Positions 7,766 to 12,310 of a stretch of DNA of 12,310 nucleotides are shown here, piece by piece (position 1 is the stretch's first letter; the number at the start of each line of letters is the position of its first letter). The stretch covers positions 1 through 12,310 of the forward strand of contig JAYTHP010000144.1 of assembly GCA_043732485.1 (NCBI GenBank), read 5' to 3'. Made by a program: the position numbers and the translations under genes. The stretch comes from Oligoflexia bacterium (lineage in GTDB: Bacteria; Bdellovibrionota; UBA1018). The notes below the pieces were generated by a model that did no database searches, had not been told where the DNA came from, and saw nothing but the letters and a program-made list of their open reading frames with translations.

Positions 7766-8770
7766 TCGCTTTTCATGCGCTCAGGTGCCAGTGCCAATGA
7801 ATCTTCAGTAGAAAATATTTGCTCAAAAAGATCAGGAGAAATTCTAGCAACTCTCTTCGCTGGACTGAGGGGAAGGCTCACGCCTCGTCTAGCGATTTTG
7901 ATCGTCGCCAACCTCAAAAACTGGGTACTATTATTTGCCGCCCAACAGCCACCCAACAGCCGCGAAGACCGCCTACCTGGTTGCGTCAGCAGTGCGCTGT
8001 TGAGGACGACGAAACGTGGTTTTTTGCTAGCAAGTTGTGCCAAGCTTGCCGCGTGCAGAAGCAAAAAGGGAGCCATTCGCTGGGGCTCAGTTAAGAAAGG
8101 GGCGGAAAATCACACGCGGTTTTTGCCCGTTCTGGGGGAGATTTTTAGGGTCGTGATTACCTGTCAGTGATCATCACCAAGCGCTAAAATCTGCCCCTCT
8201 GGCCGGAAGAAATAGGGTACTGTTTTAATTTTCTATTGGGTGGAAGCAGCGGGATTCATAGGGGCCAAAAATAGCGGGATAGGGGGGGACCAGGGATCAC
8301 CTCAGGCGGATCTCCTGAATACTTGATTAATTTGATCGTTGATTATTGATCCGCAGCTTCAGCGACGTTCAGGGAAGGTGGATGTCGGTGGATGCGACTG
8401 AGCTCAAAGCAGCGAGTGATTGAAGGACGCAGTTGATGGAGGTAGACTTGATTGGAATCTGATCGTGGCGTAATGTCGAGCCTGCTCACTCTGCTGAAAG
8501 AAAATGCGCAGCCACTGAGACGACCACTCTGGGTAACGCGAAGTGGGCAGTCAGTTATCCCAAAAGCGGATCGTCCAAGCCACTTCCCACCTTTGTTTTT
8601 CCTCCTACTGCAACAAGGGGAGCTTCTAGGGTAGTCAACACCTGCCCCACCGGCCTAGGTTTACGTTCCCAGGAGTCCTCCCAGCTAAGCTTGGAACTTC
8701 TCCACTGCCGCCGAAACCCTTTTAGCGCCAGCGGCACACTAGCTTCGGCCTGTGAGTTGAAAGCGCCGTC

Positions 8771-8796
8771 CATGATAGCCCAGGTCCGCTATCATG
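8771..8796. repeat. Perfect 9-bp inverted repeat
   Basis: CATGATAGC-ccaggtcc-GCTATCATG. Confidence 0.8.
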
Positions 8797-8958
8797 ATTA
8801 GCCTCTTGCTGAGCGAGGTTAGCATCGAGCGTAAAAGCTATGCCTCCCGAGCGCACAGCAGGGTGATTCTCATTTCCTGGATCGCTGCAGCAGCGGCGGA
8901 CTGGAACACAGCTAGCACTCTGTGGGTCCCTTGTTATGCGGGTGCGGCCTCCCCTGAG

Positions 8959-9003
8959 GCCCCCTGACGGCTATAGAGCCGGATCAGATAGCCGTCAGGG
9001 GGC
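8959..9003. repeat. Perfect 16-bp inverted repeat with 13-nt loop
   Basis: GCCCCCTGACGGCTAT (8959-8974) / ATAGCCGTCAGGGGGC (8988-9003). Confidence 0.92.
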
Positions 9004-9823
9004 GATTCGTAATGGTAAAGCACTGGAGGAGGCCCTTCTCTCATTTTGCCTAGGGTGCGGTATTTTCCTAACATCTCCCTTAATTTTAAAAAGGCAGTAG
9101 GCAGGTTCTTGCTTTTAAGCGGAGAGCAACCTAACCCCCAGCTTCCTGATTCCCGGACTTTGTGGATCGTTTCCTAGCTGAGAGCGGCGGCAATGAAGTC
9201 AGAAGCGGAGCTGCGCATGAGCTCCCTAGCCCCAGAAGACCGCATCGTTGCCCATCAATGAACTGGGCGATGCACTCGGCGCCTTCACCCTGGTTCTTAG
9301 AGCAGAAACCGATTTTTTCAGATCATTGCCGATCGGCACATGAGCGGGGCTTAGCACTGCGGTGACCACCCTCTCGCCTTCCGGAAACTGGACTCAAATC
9401 CTTGCCTCTAAGGGCCTCAGCGGGTTTCCTCGCCCCGGCCATGGGATGCCGATACCGCAGTTTTTACCTTACAGGAGAGAAATTATAGTCGGAAAAACCT
9501 AAAAAAAGCCTTTCTCTCCAACGTTATCGCCGAAAAAAGAACCATTTTTTGCCGCCTGATCTACGCCTTGTTGCTAACCAGTCGATCCAGCTCACGCCCC
9601 GGGTTCCCAAAAAAGCCGACTGGCCGCCACATGGTCCGGCCCCAACTACCATAAATGGCCGCCTTCGATCACGCCGCCTCCAATGAGTATTATGGGGGGA
9701 TCGCTGAGGCTGGACTAGGAACTCAGACTGGAGCTGGTTTGACGGGTGACTTGCAGGGTGAAGTCAGGATCTGCAAGCAGAGTTCAGCAATGGCAAGAGA
9801 CGGTTTTTATGAGTCACTTCATC

Positions 9824-9890
9824 AAAAAAAGCCCCATCCCAGGCGGTTGGAGGTGGCTAGCACCGCCTGCGCTCGCTGGAAATGGGGCTT
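9824..9890 (-). terminator. Probable terminator of the minus-strand secreted-protein gene
   Basis: Outer stem AAGCCCCAT (9829-9837)/ATGGGGCTT (9882-9890), inner stem CAGGCGGT (9840-9847)/ACCGCCTG (9862-9869), ending in T7 on the minus strand. Begins about 54 nt after the stop at 9944. Confidence 0.6.
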
Positions 9891-9943
9891 AAGGGCTGGA
9901 TCAAGAGAGACCAAGAGCAAGAGCGACCGAAAAAGGCGTTGCC

Positions 9944-11167
9944 TTACGAGGTCGGACCGGCAGTACCGAGCTGTTCTAACAGTTCTGGCATGGTGGTCAG
10001 GGCCCAATCGAGGGTAAACCTACCGCTTGAGGAAATCCCAGGCGCCGAAGTCGGCGTGGAGATAGCCATGCCGGTGCACAAGTCAGACGAGGCTGGCAAG
10101 GTGCCCCCGTTTGCGCTGCTGCTATTCAGAGTGACGCAACCTTGCTGCTGAATCGTCCCACCGGTGGAAGGGGCTAAGGTCGCAAAGGTGGTGTCAAAAG
10201 CGTGACTGGTGACGGTGGGAACCGTTGCAGTCGTGGCATTGCTAGCTGAGGCGAGAGCAGAAGGAAACGCCCCGGCAGCTGGAATCGGAGAGTCGGAGTT
10301 GCGCCCGAACACCCCGTCAAAGAGAATAGAGGCAAGGCCTGAGGTGTAATCACCGTGCATGAACAAGCGACCCACCACGGCTCCGTTTGCGTTTTCTGGG
10401 TTAAAGCTCACTACGCTCCAGAGTTGATAAGTGTTGGCGGCAGGATTGTAATAGATTCTCATCAGATTCACGCCGCGAGCGGTATGAGCGACATTGCGAA
10501 CGTGCTCCACCATGTAGACTTCAATGCCTTGGTTGCTGGCATCTACGGGACCATTGTAAAGGGCAATTTCACGGTTATAAGCATGGCCTAGGATCTGGGC
10601 GTTCCCGCTGTTGGAGTCTAGCATCGGCATGCTTACTGCTGCGTAAATGGCTCCAGTAGAGCCGCAATCAAATTCTACGGCAAGCGAAAGCGGTACGGTT
10701 GCGGTCCCACCTAAGACAACACCGGCTGTGAAAGTGACGCGGTGGGTAAACACTGTGCCGCCGTCGACCCAGTCGCTAGGAATGGTGTGGGTGGGGGTGG
10801 CAAAAGTCAGGGTGTACGAGGTGCCATCCGATCCGGTGCCGGTAATCGAGCCGGTGCTGGGTAATTCTGCGCAACTCACGGTGCCACCGACTGAGGCGAC
10901 CGTTGAGATTTGATTGATGAAGTCAGTGATCGTGCCGACGATGCCGTTTTTGGGAGGTCCGTCGCAGTTGTTGGCGCTGACGGTCTTGCCCCCGCATGCC
11001 AAGTTGGAGTAACTGTCGTTACTCGAGTAGCCGACTACCTGTTGAATCGAATTTCTAATTTCGTTGATAATGTTCGCCCTGACCATAGCGCTTGAAGCGT
11101 CGCGGGCAGCCGTAAGCTGGAGAGAAGTCAGGAGTGAAAATAGGATGAGTTTTTTAGACTGAATCAT
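9944..11167 (-). CDS. Hypothetical secreted Ser/Thr/Gly-rich protein, 407 aa
   Basis: Long ORF with GAGGA 10 nt upstream (11178-11182). Sec-type N-terminus MIQSKKLILFSLLTSLQLTAARDASSA, six Cys, alternating beta-strand-like patterns. No family recognised. Confidence 0.85.
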   Translation of the reverse strand: MIQSKKLILFSLLTSLQLTAARDASSAMVRANIINEIRNSIQQVVGYSSNDSYSNLACGGKTVSANNCDGPPKNGIVGTITDFINQISTVASVGGTVSCAELPSTGSITGTGSDGTSYTLTFATPTHTIPSDWVDGGTVFTHRVTFTAGVVLGGTATVPLSLAVEFDCGSTGAIYAAVSMPMLDSNSGNAQILGHAYNREIALYNGPVDASNQGIEVYMVEHVRNVAHTARGVNLMRIYYNPAANTYQLWSVVSFNPENANGAVVGRLFMHGDYTSGLASILFDGVFGRNSDSPIPAAGAFPSALASASNATTATVPTVTSHAFDTTFATLAPSTGGTIQQQGCVTLNSSSANGGTLPASSDLCTGMAISTPTSAPGISSSGRFTLDWALTTMPELLEQLGTAGPTS

Positions 11168-11430
11168 TGTGGAGTCGTCCTCGTTGTTGGGTTAGCGCTG
11201 TGGGAGCTTTTTTCGCTCCCAAAGCTGAGTTTTGGGTTGCTGTGTCAGTGGGCGGCAGGGTGAAAAATTGATCTTTTTCCCTCTACCCGGGGTTGGCCTC
11301 TCGTGCTGCTAAAGCTGTGATCTTCTGGTTTTGGGTGCGGCTCATGCTAATGAGGCGCATTTAAGCACTAGATTTTAAGCAGGCACGATACTAGGAGGTG
11401 GTTTCTGACATCTCACGGCTTAGTTTCAAA

Positions 11431-11589
11431 CTACTGCACACAAGCGCTGGTGCCACAGGTCACACTGGCGACTGGGTATTTTTCCGTGGCAGAAGAGCTG
11501 GGGGTGGTTTCTGCTTTTTTGGCGCAACCTTCCCATGCACTCAAGCTGATTAGGAGACAAAAAGACGTGAAGATAATTTTTTTTCGCAT
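11431..11589 (-). CDS. Small lipoprotein-like protein, 52 aa (absent from the ORF track)
   Basis: Hand translation: MRKKIIFTSFCLLISLSAWEGCAKKAETTPSSSATEKYPVASVTCGTSACVQ*. SD-like AAAGAGGA just upstream, basic N-terminus, hydrophobic core, Gly-Cys22, then a Ser/Thr linker. Confidence 0.75.
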   Translation of the reverse strand: MRKKIIFTSFCLLISLSAWEGCAKKAETTPSSSATEKYPVASVTCGTSACVQ

Positions 11590-11600
11590 AAATCCTCTTT

Positions 11601-11710
11601 GGTTAGTAACTATTGTAAACTGTGCAATACAGCTCTTAGTTTAAGTTTATTTATATTAAAATCAATAAGTATTTTAAAATATTAATAAATAATATTATTA
11701 CTGAGGCAAG
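11601..11710 (-). promoter_or_regulatory. AT-rich promoter/regulatory region upstream of the small lipoprotein-like gene
   Basis: 11641-11700 is almost entirely A/T in an otherwise GC-leaning window. Palindromes TATTTTAAAATA (11670-11681) and AATAATATTATT (11688-11699). Exact -35/-10 elements cannot be assigned. Confidence 0.55.
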
Positions 11711-12310
11711 GGGGGGGTGAGACTGCCAGCGGCTTGCGTTAGTGGACCAATAGCCGGTCGCGATCAGGCACCTGCCAGCTTGATGGGCCTTCCATGCCTG
11801 CAAAACTGCAGCTTTGGCTGTAGGCTCTGCGCGGAAAAAAATAAAAGTGCAGGAAAGAGGAAAAAGCAGCCCCTGAGAAAACAAAAGCTGAGGAGGCGCG
11901 GGCGGGAACCTGTAAGCTAGGGTGAAAGGGGGGGCGGGCGCGTTTACAGGGTTTGCAAAGGTTAAAAAAAGTTTCTTGAGCCTAGTCAAGGGTTTGACGG
12001 CTGCAAGTGGTTGCAGTTTTTCAGGAGGCGCGGCTGTGAGAGGCAGGCGGGGCCCCGTTTTTTTTTGACTATTAGCAGGGAATTCGTATAATTGGAGCTT
12101 GCAGAGGGGCAGAAAAACCTTCCTCAAGCCTTCCCCACAAAGTAGGTGGAGGCAAGTCATGGGCTTGAGGTGCGAAGACTCGCGCAAAGTACCGTTGGTG
12201 CCAGCCGTCGTGAGGCGTTTTTGGCAGCGTGAAGGAGCGAGAAAAACTTGAGTTGCGCAAGAAGAAGTAAGCAGATTGCGCAGCAACGAAATGAGGCAGC
12301 TTGTGGATTT

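Noticed and set aside
8030..8043. Sigma54-like TGGCAC...TTGC on the minus strand
   Set aside because: GG-to-GC spacing is 8 nt rather than the required 10.
7762..8170. Three overlapping ORFs (104, 131 and 91 aa), one with CQAC
   Set aside because: No convincing SD, no recognisable domain, mutually overlapping; one CxxC is not enough for a zinc ribbon.
8199..8250. SRP RNA-like words CCGGAAG and GGAAGCAGC
   Set aside because: Not contiguous as in the SRP helix-8 motif, and no enclosing long hairpin.
8450..8560. Faint cobalamin-riboswitch-like words (AGCCACTG...GGGTAA...AGTCAG)
   Set aside because: The AGGGAA/GGTG core and GGGAAG are not intact, and there is no downstream gene. cmscan with the cobalamin models would settle it.
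8452..8634. 60-aa TTG ORF preceded by GGAGG
   Set aside because: SD spacing is plausible, but the start is weak and the peptide has no recognisable features; cannot be supported.
9380..9455. Resemblance to a c-di-GMP-I riboswitch (GGAAAC...GACTCAAA...CTAAGG...TGCCGA)
   Set aside because: Lacks the GGCAAA and GACGCAAA cores and a consistent P1 stem, and no gene follows on that strand.
9655..10151. ORFs at 9655, 9822 and 9882
   Set aside because: They overlap the terminator and 3' end of the 407-aa gene and show no protein-like features.
11651..12286. 211-aa minus-strand ORF
   Set aside because: Runs through homopolymer tracts and the AT-rich promoter, has no motif and is Leu/Pro-biased; likely spurious. 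The 11450-11644 + ORF is the shadow of the small lipoprotein-like gene.
9161..12310. Replication origin (DnaA-box-like 9-mers at 9161, 12131 and 12302 plus an AT-rich tract)
   Set aside because: Each box has two mismatches, they are scattered, and no dnaA-type context is visible.

Overview
Bacterial chromosomal window, probably from a Bdellovibrionota/Oligoflexia-like organism (inferred from the chemoreceptor signature, not proven). Bases 1-5491 carry a + strand haem biosynthesis operon: the 3' part of hemL, a sensor histidine kinase, an OmpR-family response regulator, hemE and hemN, the last three joined by 4-nt stop/start overlaps. Next is a HAMP-less methyl-accepting chemotaxis protein gene with a sigma28-type promoter, which argues for a start at 5718 rather than 5685. 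A 2.4 kb stretch (7521-9943) between convergent genes has no credible ORF. It holds a near-consensus minus-strand sigma70 promoter plus terminator-like structure defining a candidate ~140-nt small RNA, several strong inverted repeats, and a 13-bp direct repeat near its two ends. On the minus strand at the right are a 52-aa lipoprotein-like ORF absent from the ORF track and a 407-aa secreted protein of unknown function, downstream of a very AT-rich promoter region. No CRISPR array, transposase, tRNA or rRNA was recognised.
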